From an uncultured cyanobacterium (GTDB taxonomy: Bacteria; Cyanobacteriota; Cyanobacteriia; Cyanobacteriales; CAWUOF01), in assembly GCA_963744145.1 (NCBI GenBank), contig CAVUSO010000001.1, positions 4,320,001-4,384,000 on the forward strand: a stretch of 64,000 nucleotides of DNA, in the 5' to 3' direction. The notes beneath the pieces are model-generated. The model was not told where the DNA came from, made no database searches, and saw only the letters and a list, made by a program, of their open reading frames with translations. Position numbers and translations under genes: made by a program. Below are positions 13,239-23,600 of the stretch, in pieces. Every line of letters starts with the position of its first letter. The first letter of the stretch is position 1.

Positions 13239-13693
13239 TTTAACTTTCAATAAATGCGTACACTGTCGAGAGTAGTTTGACACTAATTTTGGTAATACGA
13301 TCACATTCTATTCTTATTGGCCAAATTAGAATAGTGATGTTGATTGCACCGGGGTCTAATCTTGAGTTTTTGTTGGGCGATCGCTATTTCACACTGGGGA
13401 ATTTGTCCAATTTGTCGTCTGCTGCTGCTACTGAATTTTGCCAGCGGTGTTTTTGCTCCTGGTTGAGATGACTACCAGTTTTGCACCGGGAAAAATTTTG
13501 TTTTGGGTTCTGGTGTGCGATCGCCAATCACCATCCAAACTCACCAACACCCTAAACATCTAATTTTCCTGAAACTGCCAGAAATATTCAAATTCTTCCC
13601 AAACCTCAATCAAGCTAAACTCTATACTCAGTAACCATTTGAGCTAATCTCACCGCACCGGCTGCACAGCTTCATTTTGGCGTGAACAATTTT

Positions 13694-13721
13694 GTAGGGG
13701 CGTATTGCAATACGCCAGTAC
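13694..13721. repeat. GTAG-type REP palindrome
   Basis: GTAGGGGCGTATTGCAATACGCCAGTAC. Confidence 0.7.
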
Positions 13722-13740
13722 AATTTTTATTTGGGTGCGA

Positions 13741-14070
13741 TTATCTGCGACCCGAAGCAACAGGGCGCTGGTATGGTGGATTATATTGCGGACTATAGCC
13801 GATCGATGGTCGAGAGGGAGTATAGATAGTAATTGTACGGGGTTGATGTTGACTAGGGTTATAGGTTGAAGGTGGAGTATAGGAACGAGCAGGCGCTGTC
13901 GGTGGTTTGGCATTGCACATACTTGATAGATCAATTGTTTTACCGCTAGAGGTAGTAATAAAACAACCTTGAGTCTCCTGGGCATTCACTAGACTGATGG
14001 GACAAACAATAGTTGAAACCAATATCCCGAATAGCAAACTTTTCATAGTTATTAGCAGAAATCTATACAT
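13741..14070 (-). CDS. small secreted hypothetical protein
   Basis: Signal peptide (VNAQ), GCFITTSSGKTIDLSSMC motif, Pro-rich tail. Confidence 0.65.
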   Translation of the reverse strand: MYRFLLITMKSLLFGILVSTIVCPISLVNAQETQGCFITTSSGKTIDLSSMCNAKPPTAPARSYTPPSTYNPSQHQPRTITIYTPSRPSIGYSPQYNPPYQRPVASGRR

Positions 14071-14432
14071 ATATTTTATCTAACGAAAGTAATATTTAAG
14101 TGAGGAAATTTAAAATATTTGTCAAGGAGTATTAAAGTTTTAGTAATTGTGCCGATCGCTACCAAACCTAATGGGGCAAACTAGACACCAGAACAAAACT
14201 AGCGATCGCTCCAAAACATTTAATCTCTACAGCAGCAGTTCCGTCGCGGCTTGAAGCTGTGCAAACTATCAATCACTTACTAGCTAAAGCTTTTGTCTTT
14301 CTGGTAATGAGTTTATTTGATGCGATCGCTCTTGCAAATTAGTTGGACAAATTAGTAAGTACAAGCAACCCACAGAAGTTCACCTGGTGTCGGATTTTGC
14401 CATCGGTGATTTTAGCTTTGGTCTTGGTGGGA

Positions 14433-14515
14433 GCGATCGCCCCCAATAAAGACCACAACGGGAAAATTGCAATCAGCTATTGCTGTGGTCTTAGTGCTGA
14501 AAATTGGGATTAATC
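14433..14515. repeat. 83-bp hairpin-forming direct repeat, copy 1
   Basis: Near-identical to 16002-16084; begins with HIP1; CCCAAT/ATTGGG and ACCACA/TGTGGT arms. Confidence 0.9.
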
Positions 14516-14517
14516 CT

Positions 14518-15255
14518 CTAAAGAAGAGAGAAGAGAACCACCCTCCCCCACACCCCGTCCGCATCATCCCCTCTCCCTCCTGCACACACATCATCCCTAC
14601 ATGCAAGCCCCTCTAACCAAGGGAGGTGACATTCAGGAGCCGAGATATTAAAAGTGAGATCAGAGTAGCTCAACCTGTGGCGTCCTTTTATCCAGCCGAC
14701 TTGATATTCTAGTTTAACATAGGTATGGGAATCAAAACTACCATCTAGCTTACCACCCAGGTTGAGCCAGATTTCCTTCTGGACTGAAAATCCAAATTTA
14801 CCGTGAGAATGTTTTAACCACAACTGGTCGATAATATGTAGTTCCTCTTTGGGAAAATTACGACAATTTTTCACTGTTAACCATCCCCCTTCTTCCCTGT
14901 TCATAATTTTTAACATTACTCGACGAGTTTCTTCATCTGCGTCTTTCCATTCTTGGGCTGCTAATAATTTATCTAGTTGTCTGAAATCAGCTCTAGAAGT
15001 AACTAAATTTATTTGGGGTGACTGAGGTGTTTGCGTTACATCAAGATTTACTTGGGGAGTATAATAATCGATCGCTTTCTGAGGTGGTTGACTCTGTGCA
15101 ATTAGAGTAGCAGAATTACTAAATAGCCTTTGTGGATAATTAGCAAAAACTATACTAGACCAAAAAGGAAGTATCATTAAACTTAATCCTAAGTATTTGG
15201 CTGTATGTATCATCAGGTTTCTGTCTCCTTTATTCAAAAATATTAGATTTTGCAC
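14518..15255 (-). CDS. GUN4-domain protein with signal-peptide-like N-terminus
   Basis: LLAAQEWKDADEET, IDQLWLKHSHGKFGFSVQKEIW, HLP. Confidence 0.85.
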   Translation of the reverse strand: MQNLIFLNKGDRNLMIHTAKYLGLSLMILPFWSSIVFANYPQRLFSNSATLIAQSQPPQKAIDYYTPQVNLDVTQTPQSPQINLVTSRADFRQLDKLLAAQEWKDADEETRRVMLKIMNREEGGWLTVKNCRNFPKEELHIIDQLWLKHSHGKFGFSVQKEIWLNLGGKLDGSFDSHTYVKLEYQVGWIKGRHRLSYSDLTFNISAPECHLPWLEGLACRDDVCAGGRGDDADGVWGRVVLFSLL

Positions 15256-15264
15256 TTTCCTAGT

Positions 15265-15900
15265 TTAGGTAAACTGAAATGTTGAAAGTATTTGCTGAAA
15301 AATAAGATTTTCTTGACCATAATCTGGCTTTTCACATACACCGTAATACCTACCAATGTCAACTAAATAACGTTTGTCAGGTGTAAAAAATCTAGCATTA
15401 ATAAAACAATCTGGTGGTTGTACACGCATATACTTTCTCTTATAAATAATAGCTTCTTGATTAGCAATAGTAGCCGTTGACTCAGAATAAGAAGGATAAA
15501 TACCATCTGTTAAATTTACATATCCTGATTGAATAGGAGTTATTTCAATAGAAACTTCGTGTACCCACACTGCTTCAGTACAACCTGGAGAGGGATGGTC
15601 TTGACAACATTTAATTTCGGCGAAAGTTCCTGGATCTATTATTGTTACACTAACCGACCCACCGGATTTACTCTTTCTTTTTTCAGTATGATAATTAGCA
15701 GGAATTTGAAACTTAATCCCAAACTCTGGTATTTCAATTTCACGACTTTCTGATGCAGGTGTTTGAAAAACGTAAGCACAATCCTCTTGTTGAGCATTTA
15801 CTGGATTAAATGGAAAAGCAAATACCGAACCTAATACCGTTACCGTAGTAATTGCCCCAAATAATGGTTGTTTTCCCATAACCCTACCCAGACATAGCAT
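15265..15900 (-). CDS. secreted hypothetical protein
   Basis: Signal peptide ending VNAQ; IPEFGIKFQIPANY...FQQILSTFQF (PsbP-like pattern). Confidence 0.65.
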   Translation of the reverse strand: MLCLGRVMGKQPLFGAITTVTVLGSVFAFPFNPVNAQQEDCAYVFQTPASESREIEIPEFGIKFQIPANYHTEKRKSKSGGSVSVTIIDPGTFAEIKCCQDHPSPGCTEAVWVHEVSIEITPIQSGYVNLTDGIYPSYSESTATIANQEAIIYKRKYMRVQPPDCFINARFFTPDKRYLVDIGRYYGVCEKPDYGQENLIFQQILSTFQFT

Positions 15901-16001
15901 CTAAATCTACATCTGGAAGATAGCCTAACTTTTATGCAAAACCTACCAACTTTGCAACAAAACTTTATATATTCAAGCAATAGTCCCAGTTGGGAGATAT
16001 G

Positions 16002-16084
16002 GCGATCGCTCCCAATAAAAACCACAACGGGAAAATTGCAATCAGCTATTGCTGTGGTCCTGGTGCTGAAAATTGGGATTAATC
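16002..16084. repeat. 83-bp hairpin-forming direct repeat, copy 2
   Basis: Near-identical to 14433-14515. Confidence 0.9.
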
Positions 16085-16221
16085 ATCGGCGATCGCTTCT
16101 TAATCAATGTGGCCATAATTTCTCTGAACCATCGGTATTTGGTAGCGATCGCGCCCTAATCCACCAGTCCTGCAAACTTGGAGAGAAATACCGCAGCGGA
16201 TTAATAGCGATCGCTCTAAAC

Positions 16222-16581
16222 CTAATAATGATGCTCATCCTCTAAAACATCAGGAAAAATATATCTCTCCTCAATCCCCAACTCATCAAAATTAATATTT
16301 TTGTCATACAAAAAATCGTAAATCTCTAAAATACATAACTCAGCTAGTTTCCTATATCTCTTTAATCGTGCTGCTTTTGTCCTATTTGTTGCTTTCTCCT
16401 CATTAAGTTTTTTCTCAGGCTGCTCCTCTGACGGCAAGGTAACTTCTTCAGACTTTGTTCTCCCACTTTCAGCTTTAGCAATTCGTAAAGCAAGCCTATC
16501 AATTAATTCATCTAACATTTGCTGATTTTTTAATAATTTTGATTCAGCTACTCGATCACAACTCAATGTGATCGCTCTCAA
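16222..16581 (-). CDS. hypothetical protein
   Basis: Charged helical ORF; start uncertain. Confidence 0.45.
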   Translation of the reverse strand: MRAITLSCDRVAESKLLKNQQMLDELIDRLALRIAKAESGRTKSEEVTLPSEEQPEKKLNEEKATNRTKAARLKRYRKLAELCILEIYDFLYDKNINFDELGIEERYIFPDVLEDEHHY

Positions 16582-16668
16582 TATCCTACTCCTAAACTTG
16601 CTGGTAAAGATTGCGATCGCGTTAACCTCAATATCTTATTACGACTCAATGCGATCGCAAATCATTTA

Positions 16669-16878
16669 TTAATCAAGCAACTGATAAGTTTTGGTTAGGT
16701 ATTGAATCAGTTGGTAGAGACTTTCTTGAATGATGCGATCGCTCTCAGGATCAGCATTTTCAAACTCGCTCATAGTTTGAATAAGTTTCTCTAACTGAAC
16801 CTTAGCTAATTGACAACGTTCATAAACCTGATCCTCTATTGGGCTAAAGGTTGTCCTCATTTTGATGATATAGGTCAC
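16669..16878 (-). CDS. small hypothetical protein
   Basis: Helical ORF in the same orientation as its neighbours. Confidence 0.4.
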   Translation of the reverse strand: MTYIIKMRTTFSPIEDQVYERCQLAKVQLEKLIQTMSEFENADPESDRIIQESLYQLIQYLTKTYQLLD

Positions 16879-16917
16879 AGCGACAACTGGATAGCGATCG
16901 CTTCAATCAAAAGCAAC

Positions 16918-17038
16918 GGATAAGTTCAGTCAACAAGTGAGCTACTATGGGTCACAGGTTGGTCGCATCAGTGGTCAGATTGCCCAGGTGATTCAGCAAG
17001 TCCAGAGTCTGACACCCCAATTTCAACAGATTAGTTAT
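16918..17038 (+). pseudogene. duplicated fragment of the MCP gene 3' region
   Basis: Near-identical to about 9814-9934 (GGATAAGTTCAGTCAACAAGTGAGC...CAGATTAGTTAT). Confidence 0.9.
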
Positions 17039-17927
17039 TTTTAATATGCAAAGCGCTAGTAGCTTCATCTAAAATTACATACTGGGGTTGATAAATTAAG
17101 AGACGAGCAAAGTTCTTGGTCGCTGATAGGATCATTTACCAGAGGATATCCTAACTGTTGGCGGAGATTTCCCAAAACCATATAAGGACGTTGAGGTAAA
17201 AATAAGATTTCCTCTAGTTTGGGTCGGATAATTGTTCCACTACCAGAATTCCATAAACCCGCGATCGCTCGTAATAGAGAACTTTTACCACAACCACTTT
17301 TACCCATAATTACCATTCCTTGTTTTGAGGGCACTTTTACCGAAATATTCTGAAATAAGATTCTTTGATAGTTTGGTGTATACAAGGTCAGGTCTTGGAG
17401 TGTTAAACAGCTATCTTCTAAGATATTAATAGTTGTATCCTGAATGCTCCCATTAGTAATTTCTCTCTTTGGTTGTTGCAGAAAATTATAAAATTCATCT
17501 AAACGCTCAATTTCGGCAGCAGGTTATCAATTTCTCTCTGAGATTGACTGAGTTCATAAAACGCCCGATTGCGGAAATATTGACTGAAAAAATGCTTGCT
17601 TAACCACCTACGCCAATATAGACCGAGTTTTTGGCGGATGTAGTTGTGTGCGGCCCAAATAGCCCAGATCATTAGGTATAGCCCAGTCAATTTCCAGGTA
17701 ATTGCCCAGAATTGATTCCCATCCTGAGCCGCGATGACGGAAAGGACTTTACCCTGTTTAGTATTGGCGAGTACGGTGAGATTGGCCGAAACTAGAATAC
17801 TGGCAATCAGCGTCAATAGTAAAGCGATCGCACCCCATTTTTCCTTGCTATACCAGTAGAGTTTAGCGATCGCCCAAAACCTCTGAAAAAAACTCCGGTT
17901 CAGTTTATTCATTTTGTTAGTCGTCAT
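17039..17927 (-). pseudogene. internally deleted YddA/ABCD-type ABC transporter
   Basis: N-terminal TM part (FWAIAKLYW...YWRRWL), Walker A GKSGCGKS and LPQRPY lie in separate frames; 3' part matches 10282-10491 with a deletion. Confidence 0.85.
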
Positions 17928-18014
17928 TTAGCAAAATATAGAATAAATTAAAGATAATCTGCCAAAAATTGTCCTCACACCAAAAACTGATTAAATTGGA
18001 GGGAGTTGATTGTT

Positions 18015-18362
18015 ATGTACGACCCAGACAAACGCAAAATCTTATCAGGACTGAGTCATAGTTCAATTTTTTTCAGTTCTTTGGTAGTTTCTGTGGGTAT
18101 CCCGATCGCGGTTTTGATCATATCTGATGACCCAGTAGTCAAAGATAACGCTAAAGAAGCAATTAACTTTCACTTTAACGTTTGGATTTATGAAAGTATT
18201 ATTGCGTTTTTAGTGTTTACCATTATTGGTATTCCTTTCGCTTGGATCTTAGCACCCTTCTTTCTTCTTTATCATTGGGTTTTTCCAGTTCTAGCTATTT
18301 TACAGGTTTTGGGTGAACCAGAAAAAATCTACCGTTATCCAGTTATTTTACGTTTACTCTAA
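18015..18362 (+). CDS. DUF4870-like membrane protein
   Basis: DPVVKDNAKEAINFH...YRYP, three TMs. Confidence 0.8.
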   Translation: MYDPDKRKILSGLSHSSIFFSSLVVSVGIPIAVLIISDDPVVKDNAKEAINFHFNVWIYESIIAFLVFTIIGIPFAWILAPFFLLYHWVFPVLAILQVLGEPEKIYRYPVILRLL

Positions 18363-18679
18363 AACCACCCGGAAGGCAAAATTATGTAGAAATATTTTTG
18401 CCTTCTTGTTTATAACAAATAAAATTGCCCTAGAACATATTTTGTTGTAGGGCATATAGGTAAGGACAGTTAAATGCTAACCCTAGTTTCGACAATTTTA
18501 AATTTAGTTAGATCACTCTTTGTGACAATTTCTTCAGTGTCCATTGGTGGCATGATGGGAAGATTTGTTATTGATCCATCAAAAATCTAAAATTAGATTG
18601 CTGGTATCAAAAATTGTAACCAAACCTAGACATCAGATGGTTACCTATAGTATATCAATATATTCTCATGCATCCTGGC

Positions 18680-18708
18680 AAGCAGCCGCCTCGGGGGCTG
18701 CTTCTTTA
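18680..18708. terminator. GC-rich terminator-like hairpin
   Basis: AAGCAGCC-GCCTCGGG-GGCTGCTT followed by CTTT. Confidence 0.55.
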
Positions 18709-18713
18709 TCCAC

Positions 18714-19169
18714 CTAAAAATGTAAAGGAACTAGCTGGAGTGTCCACAAAAAGTTTTTCGCTACCCATCCCAGTCCAATTCCGAACAGAGAAATAATATT
18801 TAAAATCCAAAAAGCAGTTTTATCAGTTAAGCCAAAAATTTGAAAATCTAATCTAGCTAAACTAGCCGCAGAAACTAGAATTAAAACATGGGAAAAAAAG
18901 TGAATCCAGTTGAGAATGATCACAGTTAAGAAAGCAGCGAGCGCGATCGCAAAAGAAGCAAAAATATCGGAGCGAAGCCAACGGACAATCACAATTTCTA
19001 AATTTGTTAATGGTGCTGCTACTGAAGCAGAAATCAGAAAAGCTAGGATTATTGTAGCTGGTAAAACTAGAGCAGCAGGTTTAATCGTAGCTACAATCCA
19101 ACCAAAGCTACTATAGGTGAGCAGCAGTAGAAACAGGGAAAACCGGGGAAGTTTTTTTACAGCAGTCAT
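18714..19169 (-). CDS. conserved cyanobacterial membrane protein
   Basis: Multi-TM ORF with LARLD motif, downstream of the NIL-ferredoxin gene. Confidence 0.7.
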   Translation of the reverse strand: MTAVKKLPRFSLFLLLLTYSSFGWIVATIKPAALVLPATIILAFLISASVAAPLTNLEIVIVRWLRSDIFASFAIALAAFLTVIILNWIHFFSHVLILVSAASLARLDFQIFGLTDKTAFWILNIISLFGIGLGWVAKNFLWTLQLVPLHF

Positions 19170-19197
19170 CTGGTTTAGCTGATCTGATTGAGAAACA

Positions 19198-19602
19198 TTA
19201 AAGATTAGTAGAAACCGCTGCAACAGGACAAGTGGGAATACACTGTTCACAAACGATACAACGCGATCGCGTAAAAGTGAGCCGAAATGTTTCTGGTGCT
19301 AGACTGAGAGCTTCAGTGGGACAAACCCCTGTACATAAACCACAGTGAACACAGCTATCTTCATCAATTAAAATTTCTCGACTAGCTAGAGAAACGTTAA
19401 TATCCTGCGATCGCATCCATTCAATGGCGGCATCAAGCTGATCAATATCTCCCAATAACTCTACCACTAATTTACCAATTTGATTTGGTGCTACCTGGGC
19501 TCGAATGATATTCGCAGCCACATTAAAATCTTTTGCTAATCTGTAGGTGACTGGTGATTGGACAGCACGTTTGGGAAAAGTCAGCGTTACCCGTTTTTTC
19601 AT
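19198..19602 (-). CDS. NIL-domain 2x[4Fe-4S] ferredoxin
   Basis: NIL domain plus CVHCGLCTGVCP and CIVCEQCIPTCP. Confidence 0.92.
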   Translation of the reverse strand: MKKRVTLTFPKRAVQSPVTYRLAKDFNVAANIIRAQVAPNQIGKLVVELLGDIDQLDAAIEWMRSQDINVSLASREILIDEDSCVHCGLCTGVCPTEALSLAPETFRLTFTRSRCIVCEQCIPTCPVAAVSTNL

Positions 19603-19702
19603 TATGGGTCTCTGGGATCGGCAAACAACTAGGATGATCAGATCGACCTGACTGATAGTTTAGCTAAACTGAAGACAGTTTGTCATATTTTGTAAAATTA
19701 CC

Positions 19703-20290
19703 ATGGCTAGCAATTTACCGATATCACCCACAGCACCAGAAAACTTAGTCGCAAAGCGAGTACGCAATTTTTTAATTGCATTAGCAGCGATCGCTCTGAG
19801 TATATTTTTAGTCATTGGATTCAAAGGGCAAGCTAATACAGGAAATCTTACCACCTTAGCCCAGGAATCTATTCCTTTAGAAGTAGCGATCGCTAACCAT
19901 AAACCCACTCTGATCGAATTTTATGCTAATTGGTGTGGCACTTGTCAGGCCATGGCTAAGGATTTGAGCCAGATCAAACCCCAATATGATCAACAGGTCA
20001 ACTTTGTGATGTTAAATGTGGATAATTCCAAATGGCTTCCAGAGATGACCAAGTACCGAGTTGATGGTATACCACATTTTGTGTTTTTAGACAAGCAGGG
20101 ACAAGAAATCGCCCAGACCATTGGTGAAGTACCACCAGCAATTATGGTTCAAAACCTGACCGCGTTAGCATCTAGTTTACCCATTCCCCATGCTCAAACT
20201 AGCGGTCAAGTTTCTAGCATTGACCCAGAAGTGACACCAGTTCAAGCAAGTGCGATCGAACCCCGTAGTCATGGAAATCAAGTAAATTAA
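19703..20290 (+). CDS. txlA: membrane-anchored thioredoxin-like protein (TxlA/HCF164 type)
   Basis: TM anchor, EFYANWCGTC, VDGIPHFVFL, C-terminal PRSHG. Confidence 0.82.
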   Translation: MASNLPISPTAPENLVAKRVRNFLIALAAIALSIFLVIGFKGQANTGNLTTLAQESIPLEVAIANHKPTLIEFYANWCGTCQAMAKDLSQIKPQYDQQVNFVMLNVDNSKWLPEMTKYRVDGIPHFVFLDKQGQEIAQTIGEVPPAIMVQNLTALASSLPIPHAQTSGQVSSIDPEVTPVQASAIEPRSHGNQVN

Positions 20291-20598
20291 TTCCAGAGGA
20301 GCATGGTTAATAATCCTTGTTGACCCAAAAGCAATTCTCGGAAAAGACTAACCAAACCTACCCAGATAATTGGAGTAATATCAACACCACCGATCGGTGG
20401 AACCAATTTTCTGGTCGGGTTTAAAAAAGGCTCAGTGGGCCGAAAGATGAACTGAAACGGAAATTTGTTTAAATCAACTTGGGGATACCAGGTCAACACA
20501 ATCCGGAAAATAAACAAAAAGGTCATCACACCCAAAACTGGACTTAAAATCCAACTAGCAATTAATTCAGGACTCATAATTCTTGTTGCCATTTTCAT
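20287..20598 (-). CDS. YggT family membrane protein (CCB3-like)
   Basis: RIVLTWYP...PTEPFL...GGVDITPIIW. Confidence 0.88.
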   Translation of the reverse strand: MKMATRIMSPELIASWILSPVLGVMTFLFIFRIVLTWYPQVDLNKFPFQFIFRPTEPFLNPTRKLVPPIGGVDITPIIWVGLVSLFRELLLGQQGLLTMLLWN

Positions 20599-20725
20599 CG
20601 TATGATCAATAATAGCGATCAGCATTTGAGATTAGTTGCCCAAAAATAAATCTGGCAATAATTTCTCAAAAATGCAACAAATCGTTAAGATTGTTATGAA
20701 GAAACTTAAACAGGATGAGAAATTT

Positions 20726-20845
20726 ATGACACCATCTTTAGCTAATCTTTTCTACAGCCTACTTTGGGGAGCCGTTATTGTCGTTATCCCTACGACCGTG
20801 GGACTAATTTTTGTCAGCCAAAAAGATAAAGTTCAACGGTCCTAA
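20726..20845 (+). CDS. psbX: photosystem II protein PsbX
   Basis: [39 protein letters not shown]; upstream of ycf66. Confidence 0.93.
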   Translation: MTPSLANLFYSLLWGAVIVVIPTTVGLIFVSQKDKVQRS

Positions 20846-20907
20846 ATTTTTAGTGGGGTAATTAGCAGGAGAAAGCAGGGCTGTTTTATGCTAGGTCACT
20901 AAATGCT

Positions 20908-21026
20908 GACCTAACCCCCCAACCCCCTTCCCTACCAGGGAAGGGGGAGTAGTTAAGATGACTAAATTGATAGGAGATTTATTCTTGCTCCCCTTTCCTC
21001 TTAGGAGAGGGGTTGGGGGAGAGGTC
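20908..21026. repeat. paired palindromic intergenic repeat (CCCCCCAACCCCC type)
   Basis: Two hairpins, CCCCCTTCCCT-ACC-AGGGAAGGGGG and CCCCTTTCCT-CTT-AGGAGAGGGG, in inverted arrangement. Confidence 0.75.
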
Positions 21027-21131
21027 TTCTGCTAGAATGAAACAAGCCCTGAAATTGACTGATATCTTGCCGTCTATAGTAGATATATTTATAGGAACTC
21101 GCTAACATAGGACTGTCTTAGGAGAGAGGTT

Positions 21132-21923
21132 ATGGTAAATTTTCAGCTAAACTTAGCGAGTATAGTCGGGATAGTTCTGGCTGTTGGTGGGGCAGCACTC
21201 TATGGAGTGCGGTCGGTAAAACCAGAGCTATCACGAGATTACGATATCTTTTTTGCCGCTGTATCCTTATTATGCGGTGGGATTTTATTTTTTTATGGTT
21301 GGCGTTTTGACCCAATCATGCAATTTGGTCAGGTTTTATTAGCCGGATCAACAGTATTTTTTGCTTTTGAAAACTTTCGACTCCGTGGTACAACCGTAGC
21401 TCAAGCTAAACGTAGCTCTCCCACTGTTGATCAGGAACGACGTGTTAGTAAAGTTTATGAAGTAGAAGCAGAACTTGATCAATTAGATGAAGTTTATGAG
21501 CAACCAGTCAGACGGAGAATCAGAGGTACTCAAGATCCTCGTGGTTATCGAGAGGAATATGAAACAGAAGTCCGGAAACGTCCTAATAATCGTCGGAGTT
21601 CTGTAGAGAAGCAAGTACCACCAGCAGAAACCAGGAAACGTCGTCCACGTCCAGAAAATAGCCCGATCGCCCAAAGACCGGATCAGTGGGAAACAGAAGA
21701 TGAGGAGGAAATTAAACCACCTCGTCGTTCTAGCAGTAGTTCAACTCGAACAGTAATACGCAATTCGGAAGCTGCGGTAAGACCAAAAAATAGTCGTCCA
21801 CCAGAAGAAACTGCAACTCGAAGAACGAAACCAGAAAGAGTCAAACCCACTGACTATGTTGATTTCCAACCGGTAGACGAAAGTGATGACGAGGGAGATA
21901 ATTCCAAAAATTTCGACTACTAA
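21132..21923 (+). CDS. ycf66: Ycf66 family protein
   Basis: PELSRDYDIFFAAV...GWRFDPIMQFGQ, charged tail. Confidence 0.9.
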   Translation: MVNFQLNLASIVGIVLAVGGAALYGVRSVKPELSRDYDIFFAAVSLLCGGILFFYGWRFDPIMQFGQVLLAGSTVFFAFENFRLRGTTVAQAKRSSPTVDQERRVSKVYEVEAELDQLDEVYEQPVRRRIRGTQDPRGYREEYETEVRKRPNNRRSSVEKQVPPAETRKRRPRPENSPIAQRPDQWETEDEEEIKPPRRSSSSSTRTVIRNSEAAVRPKNSRPPEETATRRTKPERVKPTDYVDFQPVDESDDEGDNSKNFDY

Positions 21924-22037
21924 GTTCAGTGGAGTGCTAATTTTAGCCAATATTAACCAATCTACTGGTATTTTCCAGTAGGTTGGGAGGAAAAAAATTC
22001 TGTTCGCGGCTAATTGCGGAAATTGAGAAAGTTCGCG

Positions 22038-22598
22038 ATGCTTGTAAAAAAATATTATTGGCAAAAGGCAAAATTAGGTTTATGGGCAAGTCTAGCTGGT
22101 ATGATGGTGGCTTGTACCGCTAATAATTCAATAGGACCAGTTTCAATTAATAGTCGCTATACTGATGAACAACCGACTTTAAGTGGAAATGGTCGGTTTT
22201 TAGCTTTCGTTTCTAATCGCAATGGTCGTCGCGATATTATGTTGTATGACTTACAACAGCAGCAGTTTGTCGATGTTCCAGGATTAAATCCGAATGGGGC
22301 GATCGCGGAAAATCCCAGTCTTAGTTATAGTAGTCGTTATATTGTTTACCTGACTAGCGACCAAGGAAAACCGATTATTGTTCTGTATGATCGGACGATT
22401 AAGCAAGCACAGATTCTCACTCAAGGTTATTGGGGTTGGGTCAGAAATCCCAGTATTAGTCCTGATGGTCGTTATGTGGTGTTTGAAACCAGTACCAGGG
22501 GACAATGGGATATTGAGGTACTCGATCGCGGTCCGAATATTGAACTAGATCGAGTTGAGGGGAATACATCGGAAACTGGGATCAAAAATTCACTGTAA
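22038..22598 (+). CDS. TolB-like PD40-repeat lipoprotein
   Basis: Lipobox VAC; PTLSGNGRFLAF and PSISPDGRYVVF repeats. Confidence 0.85.
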   Translation: MLVKKYYWQKAKLGLWASLAGMMVACTANNSIGPVSINSRYTDEQPTLSGNGRFLAFVSNRNGRRDIMLYDLQQQQFVDVPGLNPNGAIAENPSLSYSSRYIVYLTSDQGKPIIVLYDRTIKQAQILTQGYWGWVRNPSISPDGRYVVFETSTRGQWDIEVLDRGPNIELDRVEGNTSETGIKNSL

Positions 22599-22613
22599 TT
22601 AGGTCGGATCACT

Positions 22614-23150
22614 GTGAAAAATTTTGTCAGATCATCGGGTTGGTTATGGATGGTAGCGATCGCTTCTTTATTAAGCAGTTGTAGTAGTTATCCCCGTTTA
22701 CTGAGTTTTCCCTTTGATCCGGGGGGAAGAAGTTTAAATAGTCCTTCATCCCAATTAACTCCGAACATATCTGGTCGCTATATTGTATTTGTGTCCGATC
22801 GCAGTGGGACTCAAGATATTTATCTGTTTGATGGGATTGATCAAAGATTAATCGATTTACCAGGATTAAATTCACTAGATGCGATCGCTTCCCATCCGGG
22901 TATTTCTGGAGATGGACGTTATATCGTTTTTGCTGCTACTCGTCAGGGACGTTCTGGGATTTATTTATACGATCGAGAAACTCGTCAATTGCGTAATCTC
23001 ACGGAAAACCTCCAAGCTGAAGTGAGAAATCCGACTATTAGTGCGGATGGTAATATTATTGCTTTTGAATCTAGTGCTAATGGTCATTGGGATATTTTAG
23101 TTTACGATCGAGCTGGTCAACCCTTAAATGTACCGATCAATCCACGCTGA
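22614..23150 (+). CDS. TolB-like PD40-repeat lipoprotein
   Basis: LSSC lipobox; PGISGDGRYIVF, PTISADG. Confidence 0.85.
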   Translation: MKNFVRSSGWLWMVAIASLLSSCSSYPRLLSFPFDPGGRSLNSPSSQLTPNISGRYIVFVSDRSGTQDIYLFDGIDQRLIDLPGLNSLDAIASHPGISGDGRYIVFAATRQGRSGIYLYDRETRQLRNLTENLQAEVRNPTISADGNIIAFESSANGHWDILVYDRAGQPLNVPINPR

Positions 23151-23291
23151 TTTTAGTTGAGGAAACATCCCTGCGTAAGTTCTGAATAATACATTTCTAC
23201 TGGACTGGCGATCGCTAAGTATTATAGAAAGGTTAAAAACCTGCTATAATATAATGTTAGTTATCTATGTTGACAAAGTGAGGTAATCATT

Positions 23292-23589
23292 ATGTTATCA
23301 ATCGATATTAGACCAGAATCAATAGTTAAAAGAATTGAGGATACTGTTTCCATTTTAATGGAAGAACACCCTTTGTTCAAGGAAGATTCTGAATTATTCA
23401 GAAATCGTAAACCATTTAGTTCAAGTATTTCAAAAAAACTTATCTTTTGAGGAATTTAGTATGATGTCAGAGACAAACTTGAAAAAACGTTGTAGTCGGA
23501 TAATGGCGATCGAACTTTTGGGAAAAATTAGTGAAGACTTTACCCCTGAACAAATGGCGATTTTTGAAGAAGCAATCAAACGTAAATAG
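23292..23589 (+). pseudogene. frameshifted putative antitoxin upstream of the PIN toxin
   Basis: ATG with GAGG RBS; 298 nt (3n+1). Removing one A near 23408 joins MLSIDIRPES... to ...FTPEQMAIFEEAIKRK. Confidence 0.65.
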
Positions 23590-23600
23590 ATTCTGAGATT

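Noticed and set aside
13240..16900. Classical integron cassette array
   Set aside because: No intI and no RYYYAAC...GTTRRRY attC pattern seen; only the 83-bp repeat pair was kept as a finding.
17968..17982. TCCTCACAC resembling the Yfr1 sRNA motif
   Set aside because: Incomplete match to ACTCCTCACAC and no flanking hairpins or terminator.
18612..18650. NtcA box before the 18.7 kb hairpin
   Set aside because: GTA-N8-TAG rather than TAC; only a GTAACCA/TGGTTAC inverted repeat of unknown meaning.
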